Assembly: GCF_026210795.1 (NCBI RefSeq)
Contig: NC_089435.1
Span: 3,286,001-3,350,000 of the forward strand
Source: Rhizophagus irregularis
Taxonomy: Eukaryota
DNA length: 64,000 nucleotides
Direction: 5' to 3'
The notes below the pieces were generated by a model. It had not been told where the DNA came from. It saw only the letters and a list, made by a program, of their open reading frames with translations, and did not search any database. Positions within the stretch are counted from its first letter, which is position 1. The number at the start of each line of letters is the position of its first letter. This document shows, in pieces, positions 1-13,504 of this stretch. A program made the position numbers and the translations under genes.

Positions 1-693
1 TTATTATTTATTACCCTTGTTTTAATTGTAAACTAAGTATGACCAAAACAAAATCTCAAAGTTTAAGAATAAAAATACTGGATAGAATTTAAAACCTTAT
101 ACGACTATCGAAATATGAAAAAAATAAAATTATCAAATTGATGCTGATCATGTAACACAAAATAATTGCATATACGAAAATTTTTATTTCTTGTACTTAT
201 GAAAATTTTGATATTTTAAAATGAAAACTTTATTAATATATAATTTATCATTTTTATAATAGATAAAAAATTTTATATAATTGGTCCTAGTCCAGACCAG
301 TCCTTAAAATCTTGGACTAAAGACCATGAAGACCCAATTGATATATACACGTTATCATTACTTTATTATTTGTTTACTTATTGCTCACTATTTACGCACA
401 TATTATCCGATTTACTTTAAATAATAGTTATTGCGTCAGTCACACAAGATCATGCTATTATTATAGTAAGAGCATATAAAAAGTATAATTAAACTGCGAT
501 ATTTAGCCAATAAAAGAAAAATATCAATTATTTAGCCATTAACAAAAAATATCAGTCCGTCAAAATCAGCATGATCCTATTAGACTGACCAATAGCACTT
601 GATATTCAACGTCATATTACCTTGCGATTAATAACCGATCCTTATTTATTTTTCTGTACTACCTAGCCGAACGTTAAAATCAGTGGTAACAAT

Positions 694-1170
694 TAGGGAT
701 GCCAAAAGTCGGTTATAACCGATTATAACCGGTTTTTGCCGTCGGTTTTATATATAAAAAAACCGACAAAAAAACCGATCAATTAATCATATTATTCCAA
801 AAGAAAAAATATTTTTTTCATTAATTATATTGAGAATACTATTAAAAATTATGATTTTGTGTTTATATATATATAGTATTCTTATTTTTGAAATAATAAG
901 AAAATTTATTTTTTACGCGTCGATCACGTGATTTTTCGTTCCGCTGAAATAAATCGCAAAATTGACATTATTATCGTAAAAAATAAATTATAACTTTAAG
1001 GAATATTATTAAATAAAATTATAATTAACACTTTCTAACATTAGTTCATTCAATTTGCAGTAGTTTTGCGATCGGTTTTGCAATTCGGTTTTATCGGTCG
1101 GTTTTGCGGTCGGTTCGGTTTCAGCTGAAAACTGCGGTTATAAAACCGAAACCGAACCGAACTGTCCCTA
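694..1170. mobile_element. Non-autonomous hAT-like MITE
   Basis: Ends TAGGGA...TCCCTA; perfect 8-bp TSD GTAACAAT (686-693, 1171-1178); subterminal AACCG/CGGTT repeats. Confidence 0.85.
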
Positions 1171-3368
1171 GTAACAATAAGAAAAATCATAATTGGAAAT
1201 GATATAATGAAAATATGTAGCACTAAAAAGTTGGACAATTCAAAAAATGTTACATTAGAATTTATGAATGAGATATAGTTTTATTATAGTTTATTAATTT
1301 AATTTATTAGTTATGATCATAATACACAGATTATTAGTCATACTAATACATTTGTACTTTTACATTCACATAGACTATGTTACATGATAAAGTAAAAATG
1401 GATAATAATGTGATTGTTAAATTTTATGGAATAACTCAGGATCCAGAAACAATTTAAAAAATTTGAATATTTACAATATATTAATGTTAGACTCAGATGT
1501 ATTCGATGAAAAGGAATTAATTCATCGGCAGTCTAAAGTTGCTAATAAAACTTTTTATTAAATAAAATCTTTACTAATTGATATATCTCAATTGAACGTT
1601 AATTAAGATGTAAGCTTTTAATTAATATAGTTAATGGTTAATATTACTTATTATTCATATTCAATGTTTGTTTATTCTTTTTGGATTCAAAATATCAAAT
1701 TTATTATGCATAGAAAAAGTTTGAACGAAAGTCAAACTGACTATTGGGGTTGCTATTCTTGTTGATTTGTGGAATTTATTAGACATAAACCATGGGTTGA
1801 CAATGGTAAGTCGAATTAGGATTTTAAATCTAAGTTTTAGTTGCTAATTACCAATATTATAAATATTATTGTATGCCATCAGTAAAGTTTTTGGGGTGTA
1901 GATTACTGGGGATCCCAAAAATCCTGTAATTAATGAGGACCCCTAAGGACCTTTCCTACTCACAAGTATTTCCTATCAAGAGACTTATGGAATTCTTAAG
2001 GATCCTAAATTTACAATAAAGGAATCCTTAAGAACATTTTTACTTATAATTATTATTTGCTTTTTATTGGTTTGAAGAAAATATATTTAATTAATACTAA
2101 TATAATAAATATAACAAATAAATATGAAAATTAATCATTCATCAATTAGATTTTCAGAAAAAAATTGTCGAAATCAGATTTGTAATGTAAGCTTCGAATA
2201 AATGTACAGATAAATAAATATATTTAGCGTACATTAACAGTAAAAGAAATTATTGTTGTTGTTGTATATAATCCAAGTGAGGAAGTGCGTGCTCAGGAAG
2301 AATATGAAAAAAGTGCGAGCAACGGTATTGCACTAATCTTCGTAAACTTCTTCGTTTGTGAAAATGAAGATCTAACGAAAAAAATTTTGTTAAAAAATAA
2401 TCATGGCCTAATAATAATACGTAATTCTTGTAGAACCTACTAATAAATTTTTGCGACATTGATAGATTATTCTAACAACAATAACTGTTTTGGCCAGGAG
2501 GATAACAACAAGTGCAATCTGCAACCAGCTAGCAATGATCACCACCACCAGAGAGTAGCAGGATCTAAACAACCTAATAAAGAATAGATAAAATATAGAA
2601 GTGAAAGAAACTGAAACTAATAACGAAGAATTCTAATAATTTATAGTGCCTAATTCTATACCGCAGTAATATCCATAACCTCTACCGTGATTGCATACAC
2701 AGGCAAAGTTATTGGAAACCATAAAAAATAAAAGACAAAGAATAGACGAATAAATTTATCGATGATTTTTTTGAATCCTGAAATTATCGTTATTTTTTGC
2801 AAGGTATAAATATTTGAATGAGCAAAAGATTGACGCGTCTTGCAGGGTAGATCTACGTATGAGAAATCCGTACTCATGTGCTTATTGGCATCATACGATA
2901 ATGTTAATCACGCTCCTTATTTCCTTTCCCCTTTTCCCAGCAAGATATAAAGCATGTGAGAACTCGTAGAAGTTCAGCCAACCTTCCCGCAAAAATCATT
3001 TCCGTAAAAAATAACGCAAAAAAAGGGGTCATTTCACCGAAACCCTTTCACCGAAACCCATTTCGCCGAAGCCATTTCGCCGAAGGGACATTTTGCCGAA
3101 GATATGAAATTTTTCAATTTTCCTTTTCTTTTTTATAAGACAACCTAATTATTTACACATTAAAAGTTGCGTTTATTTATTTTATTTTAATTACTGTAAA
3201 GGAAAATTAATTTATTTGACAACTCATCAATTTTCTGAAATATTTTATTTTCTCTGTGTTGATTCAGGAATTATGTTAATTACTAGTATTTTCAGCGAAA
3301 TTTCCTTCGACAAAGTGAACGATTCGGGGAAAAGGATTCAGCGAAATGTCTATTCGACAAAACGCCTA

Positions 3369-4635
3369 CAGTCAACTCCCTCTATAGTTACTCCCGTTAT
3401 AGTCACATTCTACTATATAGTCACACCAGTTGAATGTTCAAAACACTTTATTATTAAAATCTATCCTATATAGTCACAATCTATCTATAGTCACTATCAC
3501 ACCTATCCTCAAAAATCTTATATTAAAAAAAACCGTTTATAATCACAGTTATATAAAGAATATATTAAATAACTTGGCATCTAATAATCGTACAAAGATG
3601 TATCATAGCTTGTTAGAATCGTCTCACTGAGACGAATCGAATGGTGGTAGTTTTATCCTTTTCCTTTGCTATTGTTTACGGCCAGACCACCCATTGCCTC
3701 TTATGAGACTAATCTCGGGTCTGTGTCCTATCATCTTCAATAGGCAACCATTAAACCGAGTACTTAATTCCTCAGGTAACAGCACCATGTAGAAGACATC
3801 CCCCATCGAGCCATTTTAGGCTGATCTGAAGCTAGGTACACGCCGCCTATTCATCCTTAATCCATTGCATGATACTGGTACTCAATTTATTTTACGACCT
3901 TTAGAGAGCACCTACTTTCATGGAGGACTTTCGACAGGTAACATCAACCATCTAGAGTTTTATCCTTTTCCGATCACTGGCTGACGAGTTATTCAACAAA
4001 ATGTTAAACATCGGCATTATAATATTTCTTGATTTACGTTTACTGCGCCATTTAACATTTTGCTAGATTTCTCGGTACCTAGTGATTGTAAAAAGACGAT
4101 TTATAGCTCGTTGGAATCGCCTCATCAAGACGAATCGAATGGTGGTAAGCTCATCTCTCTGTGATTAATATTGACGGAGTTATTACTTAAAAACCATTTA
4201 ATATTTTTTAATTTCGGAAATTGATCTAGTGATTGGATTTCGATGTATCTTATACCATTAGATTCGTCTCATTAAGACGAATCGAATGGCAGTAAGATCG
4301 TCTCTCTAGGATCAATATTGGCAGAGTTATTACACAAAAACCATTAATATTTTTTTAATTTCGGAAATTAATCTAGTGATTGGATTTCGACGTATTATAT
4401 ACCATTAGAACCGTCTCATCAAGACGAATCGAATGGCGGTAAGATCATCACTTTACGATTAATATTGGTGAAGTTACGATACAATAAAGTTTTAAGTATA
4501 ATTCTGGCTAAAATTATGTTAATTTTTGGCCGGAATTATGATATACAAATATAAGAAATTTTTATATAGTCACATCTTTTTATAATCACCAAATATGGAC
4601 TGTCCCAAATGTGTGACTATAAAGAGAGTTGACTG
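3369..4635. mobile_element. Tc1/mariner (pogo-like) non-autonomous element
   Basis: TA|CAGTCAACTC...GAGTTGACTG|TA; ~23-bp imperfect TIR; internal repeats containing GACGAATCGAATGG near 3631, 4129, 4275, 4423. Confidence 0.85.
3665..3955 (-). mobile_element. 291-bp insertion with 16-bp TSD, probably a truncated non-LTR retroposon
   Basis: AGTTTTATCCTTTTCC duplicated at 3649-3664 and 3956-3971; insert is GC-richer; minus strand ends in a short A-rich tail. Confidence 0.6.
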
Positions 4636-5289
4636 TATATCCTTTCAGCGAAACTTCCCTCCGGCGAAATGGCCTCGATGAAATGAGTCTCGACAAAAAT
4701 AGATTTCATTCGGTGAAACGTACCGTAACCAAAATAAGGTATGTATATGTAGTTATGTATGCATGAGGGTGAGTTTTAGTTTACGATCTCACTATGGGTC
4801 TTTTATTTAGGAAACGAAATGACCGATGAAAACATCACTCTCAATTTTCTTATTGTTCTTATAGGAAAACTCCTGAATATTCCTTGTATTAAAGTAATGC
4901 AAGCGATTATAATTCACAAATAAAGGTTATAGCGATCTCGAGGCTGCAATTCAAAGCAGATTGGGGGCACCATTTAATTATATCCGTCTCAAAATTTGTA
5001 TAATTCAACACTATTTCCGAAATTTTTAATGAGGAACTTAAAGCAGAGCACTTCCATGTCACTGTATACCCTATGCCAGAATAATTTTCCGTATTATGTA
5101 ATAGCGATGTATTTCGCAAATTTTATTTTATGTATCAGTTGCTTCGGCAACGTTTTTCACAAATAATAAAGCATGTATAAGTCACGTGTAATGATTGCAA
5201 TCCAATCGCCTGACACCTCTGTACTACCTAGGGGAAGATAAATAAACGGGGACAATTTATGGTCACACAGGCTGATCAATAACCTGAAG

Positions 5290-5503
5290 TAGTGTTTCGA
5301 TCCGGATAAAACCTCAAATATTTTAACGTGGGATTATGATTAAAAAAGGTTACAAATTTCGGTTTTGAGTGGACTATAATTTCGGCCAGAATTAAAATAA
5401 TATTATTCCATAAATTTTTATTAATTTTGGTGGTCTCAGCCTAAATTAACCGAGCCGGTATCCGGATAAAAACCGGATAAAACCGCTACGGATCGAAACT
5501 CTA
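5290..5503. mobile_element. hAT-like MITE
   Basis: TIR TAG(T/A)GTTTCGATCCG; perfect 8-bp TSD ACCTGAAG (5282-5289, 5504-5511); CCGGATAAAA subterminal repeats. Confidence 0.85.
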
Positions 5504-7317
5504 ACCTGAAGCCTCACAAATTAGTTACACACATTCATTCTTCATATTGAATATCGCGAAAATTTAAAAATTTTTTTTAATTTTTTAATACATACACATG
5601 GAAAAGCTGCTGATCTTAAAAATTAAGACCATTTAGTTAGTTCTACATGTTAGAAGTGTTTTTATTCAAATTGGGCTATTGTTAATTTGCCGATCATGTG
5701 TAGCACGTGCATATAAGCCACATATTTTAATAACTTACAATTTTTTCATATTCTTCGTGAATCTCAAGAAATCAATAGTGATTCTGTATTTGCTAAGGCT
5801 AGTTTCGTTATAGTTAACAACCTTACATATTAAATAATAATCATATAAAATATACAAAAAGTTATTATTTAAAAAATTGTGTAAATATCATCATACAACG
5901 ACGCGAACTAGCAGTTACGTTAGTTTCTTGTGGAATAATTGAACCCCGCTTACATTATGGACCATTTTCGCGAAACTGGTGGTTTATTCCAATGATAAAA
6001 AGTAATAATGATATAGAAATGATGTATCCTATTCGGATTGGTACTCCAAATTATTACTAGCTATATTTTTGATATGATAAACAAGTCTTGCAATATTTTT
6101 AACTAAATAAAAGTGTTGTAGAATAAATCCTTTCACAATATTAACATTTATTCTCATTATTATTAGAAGGAATAAACTTAATCAATTTAGAGCTAGACTT
6201 TGAAATTTAGATCAAGAGAATTTTCATTATAAACTAGCAGCAACCCGTTGCGTCCCTAAAATTTATTTCAGTTGCACTTATTAAATTGTATACTATACGG
6301 TTCATTTTGATTTAAAAAAATGGATAAGTGAAAAACTCCAAAAATCCGAAAATCCGTAAAATTTCGAAGTAGAGATAAAAAAAAGTATAAATAAAACGGG
6401 GTCAAAATAAATTTCTTTAATCACAGATGATCTGTTAGCAATTAAAATTGAAGAATTATCTATCTAAAGCCAATCAAATTTCTTCCCCATAGTCACATAA
6501 TAAATTATTTTATCAAACAAATTCCTAAAATTAAAAGATTGTTATTATTACCATTTCTGTAATCAAAGCCTCATGAAGTTTTAATTTTCGTAAGACAAGA
6601 TTTAATTATTTTCTAATTAAGATACTGGTTTCCATTTATGAAAATCTTTTATTAACGGATTTCATATGAATTCATTTTAATCATTGTGGAAAAAATTAAC
6701 TTTATAGCAATGAAATTATCAAAGTCAGCCATTGCATGTAAATTATACTAAAAATATGAATTATATTTGTTTAATTCTTGTATTTTTGAACAAAGTTATT
6801 AATTATTTCATTTATAACAGTTTTTTCATGATTTAACATTTTTTTATATCGCATAATTCCAAATTTTACAATATCTAATATAATTAAATAAAGTTTCTAT
6901 ATAATTCATGGTTAAATTAGAATTATCTCTTATTTCATCATCTATAAAGTGAATTAGCAGTGAATTATTACATTTGATAGTGATTTCTTCTTATTTAAGT
7001 ATCTCACGGATTCTTCTATAAAATTTTCAAGTTGCTTCTATAAAAAATTTTATCTATTATTTCTAAAATATCCATAAAAATAAGCCTTTCACGGATCCAT
7101 TCACGGAAAATGTAAATAATTCGATAAATTTCGTGATATAATTCTAGAAATATGAGCCTTTTACGGAAATAAGATGGAATATAAAGACTTGTTTTTTTTC
7201 AAATTGTTTTCTTACAAATTTAATCTTTTTTGAAATTTTTGGTTGTGATAGCATGTAAGAGAATTATATTTATATTTATAAACATGATACATTATTAATA
7301 AATTACTTTTTGTAAAT

Positions 7318-7520
7318 CATGTCGGGAAAATGTCTGTCGGGATATATGTTGTTGGGATAATATCATGTCGGGAAAACTAACATGTCGGTATAATGTCCAT
7401 TAGGGAAGGTGTCATGTCGGTAAAATGTTCATTCGGGAATATGTCTTGTCGGGGTATCGTCATCGCTCGGGCAAAGGGTATGTCGGAAAAAGGTTGTCGG
7501 GAAGGTTGTCCGACATCGGA
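7318..7520. repeat. Degenerate ~15-bp tandem array (TGTCGG core), probably a DNA-transposon subterminal array
   Basis: Repeated ATGTCGG(G/T)AAA units; related arrays at ~10820-10905 (inverted) and ~11178-11270. Confidence 0.6.
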
Positions 7521-8196
7521 AAAGGATAAATATTTAGTAGATCAGTTGCCACAACTGCGCCTTATACTCCATAGTTGAGAAGATTCTCTAGGGGGTATCT
7601 GTTTTATAAAAAAATATCGAGTGCAGCAAAATCTTCGTGAAACAGATTTTCATGCATAAGAATAAAAACCTTTAAATGCTTTATAATTTCTTTAAAAACG
7701 ATCTAAATTCTCGGTTTGGATCGATTGGAGCTTCTAAGCAGTTTTTGAACTAGTGTCAGGTTATTCGCTGATCATCTAAATAAAAAAAAAAATACGGTAT
7801 ATAATACATTCGGATAAAGAACTAGTTCAGAAACTGCATATATCTTTTTTGGTAAAACAAGTAAGAACACAGTACTTAAAAGAATAATAGCATCTGTATA
7901 GTACATTGTGCCTAAAGAATTTAGTGATTATATTATATGATCACAAAATTATCTTTCTAAATTTACGCGTTGTAATTGGCTTTTCGGATACCGAGTACCA
8001 AGTACTAACGATATAATATTTATAAAATATTTCACATTTAAAATATTTTCAAACGTAAAAAAAAGAATTTATTTATTTATAAAAAAAAATTTAAAATAAG
8101 AAAAAATAAAATAAAATATAATTATTAATAATTAATTAACTAATTAATTTACTTATTATTAATTAAAGATTCGTGTAAAATAGGTACATCAAACAC

Positions 8197-8709
8197 TTAT
8201 AAAAAACTCCAAAAGTCAGGTACAGCAGAAGAATCACTAGCACCAAAAATAGCAGCTGAACAGGCTAATGCTTCAACATTAGGTGGGTTTCCATGTTCCA
8301 TTGCAACTAAAATAGCATATGATTGAGGCAAATCTTTTGGTGCAGTGTATTTCTGCGTTGTAGAAAATTCAGTTCCGGCTTTAATCGGACAAGTAACTCC
8401 AGGTATTGTACAAATATCCACAACAAGGGGATCTCCTATGGGTGCTTTCGCGACAAGATCGACGAATCCAAGACCAAGCAAATCTCCAGCGACAACATCT
8501 TTTTTCAATGTTCCCTTAATGTCAAACGTTTCTTCTTGTCCAGGAACGAGAGGATCAGGTGTCATTTTTACATCGAGTCCCACTACATCTGGTGGCAAAC
8601 CGGGACATAGTGGAAATTTAGTTTCTCTTTTTACAAGTTCAAGTGGTGCCGCATTGACCGCAAAAAGCGTAGCAAATAAAACGAATGCCAAGATAAAAAT
8701 TCGATTCAT
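8197..8709 (-). CDS. Secreted ML-domain (MD-2/NPC2-like lipid-binding) protein
   Basis: Signal peptide plus KR site; PDPLVPG, DIC...CPIKAG and C-terminal LAC motifs of the ML fold. Confidence 0.85.
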   Translation of the reverse strand: MNRIFILAFVLFATLFAVNAAPLELVKRETKFPLCPGLPPDVVGLDVKMTPDPLVPGQEETFDIKGTLKKDVVAGDLLGLGFVDLVAKAPIGDPLVVDICTIPGVTCPIKAGTEFSTTQKYTAPKDLPQSYAILVAMEHGNPPNVEALACSAAIFGASDSSAVPDFWSFL

Positions 8710-10819
8710 GATTACTTATTTTCTTGTAATTAGATTTTTATTAAAATAAATGTTTATTATTTTTTTTTTTGAATTCGGATTAAATCAGTTACTTCTTTTA
8801 TAAGAAAAAAACAACAACCAAAAGATTTAATTTGTTTCATCTTTTTTTTTTCTTCGTATTAATTTTATTAATTTGCAAATCTAGAATAGACGATTATGCT
8901 ATACATCAATCATGTTGGAAGAAAATCATACTAAAATAATTATGTATTATTACTGCGTTGGATATTTTAAATAATTTCGTTTTTGTTTCTTAGCGGCTGT
9001 TCTTTGCTTATAACATAATAAGAAGTAATGATGAAATTTCAGCCGTCAGAATTTAAAAAAGGATATGGGAGTATAGAAATTTGAGATCACATGAGGAATA
9101 CAAATTTCAGGGGCTTGTATTAAAAAATGTCTATTTATAAAAATAAAATAAAAAATAAAAAAGGAAATAAAAAATAGGGGGATAATAATGCCATAAGTTT
9201 CATTCTAAAATTAATTTTAAATAAAACTATGTCATTCAAAATAAATCGTAAGGTTTATTCGAATGCATAACTATTTCATACAAGAGGACATCACCATATG
9301 ATCCCGAGGGGGAATAATAGTGCTCCAAACTGGTAAGGTAAACCGGGTGTTCTCTTGGAAATTTACACAAGAATCTTTCGTTTAGACACAAACAGAGTTA
9401 TAAAGGCAATTATTGTCCCAACGCATTTCTAAATGTCGAGATTTTCAATGCACATTCGGCATTCCACATGCCCTTATTCTCAAACACTGATGATTATAAT
9501 AAAGAAGTTCCAAATTTCGTTCAAACGTTAGAAAGGGTTAAAAAAACTCATACTAGCCGAGAATAAGTTTCGTCTAGATAGATTCCAAAGTTTCGGCCAG
9601 GAATGAAGAGTTTAGCAAAACCACATGCCCAAGCCCTTTCATATTCTATTACTTTCCATTACTTCATTGTTATTTCATTTTTTATTAGCATCTTTCTTGT
9701 AATTTACTTATCTTTTTATTTATTGTTATTGTTTCTTTTATTTGTATCACTTCATTAAAAATACAGTGATTTTTTTCTTTAAAATCATAAATGTGTGACT
9801 TAAATTTTAATATTTGTAAATAAAATTTCATTAGATAAGATTATTTTGAATAAATATGTTTGCAAAAAAATTTTTTTTAAAATATTAAGTTTAGCCGATC
9901 AAAAATTAAAAAAAATCAGCTGTCAGCCGATCAATAAATTTACTCTATATATTGTACATCATGTGACATATTTGAAAAAAAAAATCCCCAGGCGACAATC
10001 ACCCAGGCGACGTTTAGCAATTCCCTTAAATTTTTACTATTTTACTATTTTAACTAATAATAAACCGAAATCTGCCATTTCTCAATACTTAATTTACCCA
10101 TTATAAATAGAAAACATCATTTCTTTATTCATTTTATTAATTTATTTATTTTAACGAAGCTTATTTATAAAAGAGAGATCAACAATTTGCATATTTATAA
10201 ATTGGTCATTTTTTTTTACAATAACTTTCACTTAAAAGATCTTTTAAAAGCATGCCAAGCTCCCCCTGAAAATGACCCCTTGTTTAATTCAAGATGTGTG
10301 ATCGTCAATGATACTCCGATTCATAATGTTTCATTAATTGAATATCATAATCTCATTTAAATGAGACGATTGATAGACTGGTTACAATATGGTTTCCTGA
10401 ATGTCATTTTTACTGAAATCAATTTTCCGATTGGCCATTTCCCGACCGGATCATTTCCTGAATATCTCGAACTTTACTGGAATAAATGATATATATATAA
10501 ATTTCCTTTTTAGAATAGATTTTGTTTATATTTAGTTAAATCACAAATGGCAGAAAAATAAAGATTAAATAATATTTTCCTATAATTTTTAGGCTTCTTT
10601 TTAACCCATTCCATTTTTTTACCAAAAGATTATTTGATTACAAAATTTAAAATAAAAATAACTGATAACGTTAATTTTCAAACAAATATTTAAATATATG
10701 ATAAATTGATAATAAAAATAATGATACAATATGTAACTATATATACTGTACGTAAACATTTTTTGCGTAAGAACCATAAAAGAAAAATTCATCTGAACGG
10801 CTACAGTACAATTTTAATA

Positions 10820-11275
10820 TTCTACCGACATGAAATTAACTGACGCCATTTTGCTGACTTCCATTTTACCGACATGTAAAATTACCCGACTTGCTATTTC
10901 ACCAAAAATTTATTAGCTGCGCCTCCGTCCTTCTGCGCCTTAATTTCAAATTATTTCAAGTGCTGAAGTTCAATAAACTGATTAACAAAATGCAAGATTT
11001 TATAGCACCAATCTAATAATTCCTTTGTAATCTTTTCTCTATTTTTTTTTTCAAATATTACAGTTAGAAATTTTAGAAACAAAAAATTTATTTCATTGAA
11101 AATATTCCTTGCTTTCTTAATACTGTAAGGGCAAAATTTCATGATCGTCGACAAAATAAGGATTCGTTAAAATAATTTCGGAAAATGTGATGTCGGTAAA
11201 ATGGCAAATAGGCAAAATTATGTTGGTAAATTTTATGTCGGTGAAACAAGTGTTGGTAAAATGGGTGAATATGCA
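10820..11275. mobile_element. Degenerate MITE with inverted subterminal arrays
   Basis: TTTTACCGACA repeats at left and TGTCGGTAAAA repeats at right; exact ends uncertain. Confidence 0.45.
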
Positions 11276-13504
11276 TCTGATCTACTACGCAATAATTATT
11301 GCTGGTGATACAGTAAGTACATAGATTTAATAACTCAATAAAATTCTTGAAGCAATAATTCCTTAATCCTTGTTTTTTATACAATGTTTATGTAAAAAAA
11401 TCAAAAATAAATTTAGAAATTAAATAGTTAACCTGGAATTTAATTTGCTGATCATAATTTTGATCGGTAATTTTTCAAAATAATAAACAATTTTACTGTG
11501 GCTGAGAATTTTTTAAAATAGTCGCTGGGGACTTATTGATTACCTTTTTTCGAATTTAATTAAAAATTTTTATTTTTTTAGTCATGAATTCATTCGTTAA
11601 AAAAATTCATTTTTCATTATAAATTTTTTTAATTTTTTTTAATTAACTATAAATAAAAACCAAGTTCGTAAAGTGGGAGGGTGGAGCGTTACTCTACACA
11701 ACAATGATTAATGGTTAAAGAGTAATGATTGATGATTAATGATTGTTTTTTATCCTACGATAATGTTTGTAAACTGATTTATTAAAAATTCTCTATAGAA
11801 CTTTATTTTCTGATTTGAATTCCATGGAAGAAATATTGATGTAATAATTTCTGAATATCCCAATTGAATGTGTTAAACTTCTGTCAAAAGTCCGATAATC
11901 CGCAGTAGACTGTTTCTCAATAGTGCATATTTATGACGAAAAAAGAAAAAATTCTTACTTTATTTGATTATGTTATTTTTTCTCGACATAGTAGTAGGCA
12001 AAAAGTTCAGCCAATTATCTCACAAAAATTGGTTGGCCTTAGGATGACGTTTCAAAAAATATGGTTCTACACCAAAAAATATTTCTTTTAGGATTAATTC
12101 TTTTACGATGCTTTAACGAACATTAAAATTAAATATATCGATATATTTAGATTTTAGTAAGTTCTATTATATTTTTGAAAATTAATTAAAATTATTTGAG
12201 TGTTATTTAACTATTAAATATGGCGAGGATGAAATAAAATAAGTATGTATTGCAAACTGAGGTGATATGTATTCTTATTGACGGTTCGTAGTCATTATAT
12301 ATTATTTTTATGAAAAAAAAATTATTTTAAATTACCCGATACGATATTGTGATACGTGATATCATGCGGATTTTTTTGACAAATTTAACTAATGCCCTAG
12401 TTTTTGGCAGTGGTGATCGTCACCTAAGTTTTTATTGTAGATCTTCATGTGACTTATAATTTTACAAAGAAAAGTTGATAATACTTCGTGAATTATAAGC
12501 ATGAATAATTAGAGTTTGTGCACATACTCCGATACTAGATACTTGAGAATAGAGTTAATATATACTTTTATTCATTGATACCTATGGAATAACAAGTATT
12601 AACACTCTTTTAATATAAGGTTTTATAATACTCTAATTAGTATATAATATATTATCCTATTTAAGCGCGTCTGTCGAATTATGGTTATTGTTTGGTCGGC
12701 ATAATATTAATAATAGGATTAAAAAAAATATTTTATTTATTTTATTTTATTTTTTTTGCTTTCTTCAATAACGTATCTTAATTATTTAGAATTTATGTAT
12801 ATAACTTGCAATCTTGGATTTCATTACGGTATTGAGGATTATTATAATTGCAATTGCTTAATAATAAATGAGAAAAGTAAAGAGTAGTGACATTTGATGG
12901 AAAAAAACATTTCACTAAGTGATTTTAAGAATTTATACAATTTTGTTGATTTAAAAGTCATAGTTATTGATAAATCAAGGATGAATCAACAATCCGTAAT
13001 GAAATGTACAATAAAAAAGGAAGGAATAAATAAGTTTATTTAAATATATCGAAAAAATTGAAGGTTGAATTAACTTCTTAAACATCGTCCTCCCTTCCAT
13101 CCTTTAAATATCAGTTGAAATCCTTGTTCAAAAAGACATCTTTGTCAAATGACCAAATTGTCCGCAGTACAATTTTGTCCAAATATGCCACTTCCGATCC
13201 CACTCAGTCGCTCATTAGCTAATTTCCCGATAACATGTTTACATACTCAATAAACAATATACACTAAAAAATAAATTATATATAGAATGAACTATATAAA
13301 ATAAACTTTACTAAGTTATGCTTGATCAGCGTAACAATAAAAAAAACATTGAACAGATCATTTGTCAAATAACATCACATGATTTAAATGATTTAAATCT
13401 CAATGTTACACAAATATGCGTAGAGTCACATATATTACACAGTGGCGTTTATTTATCCCAAAAACTTTTTTCTTTCTTTCGAAAATAATAAAAATTAAAA
13501 AAAA

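Larger units (their letters stand above)
3027..4730. mobile_element. MULE-like non-autonomous element, outer layer of a nest
   Basis: TTTC(A/G)CCGAA repeats at left, inverted TTCGGTGAAA/GGCGAAA at right; possible 9-bp TSD AAAAAAAGG / AAAATAAGG (1 mismatch). Confidence 0.55.

Noticed and set aside
1420..1530. Kinase-like scraps (FYGITQDPET; also IPYVAPEVFKG at ~62160-62200 minus)
   Set aside because: Too short and degraded to annotate.
6232..6256. Possible Helitron 3' end (GCAACGGGTTGCTGCTAG on minus)
   Set aside because: Hairpin is short and no 5' TC end or body could be defined.
1050..7578. Short ORFs at 1050, 2956, 3216, 3430 and 7393
   Set aside because: They arise from transposon subterminal repeats and mostly have non-ATG starts.
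8323..8749. Plus-strand ORFs of 95 and 134 aa
   Set aside because: Antisense shadows of the ML-domain gene.
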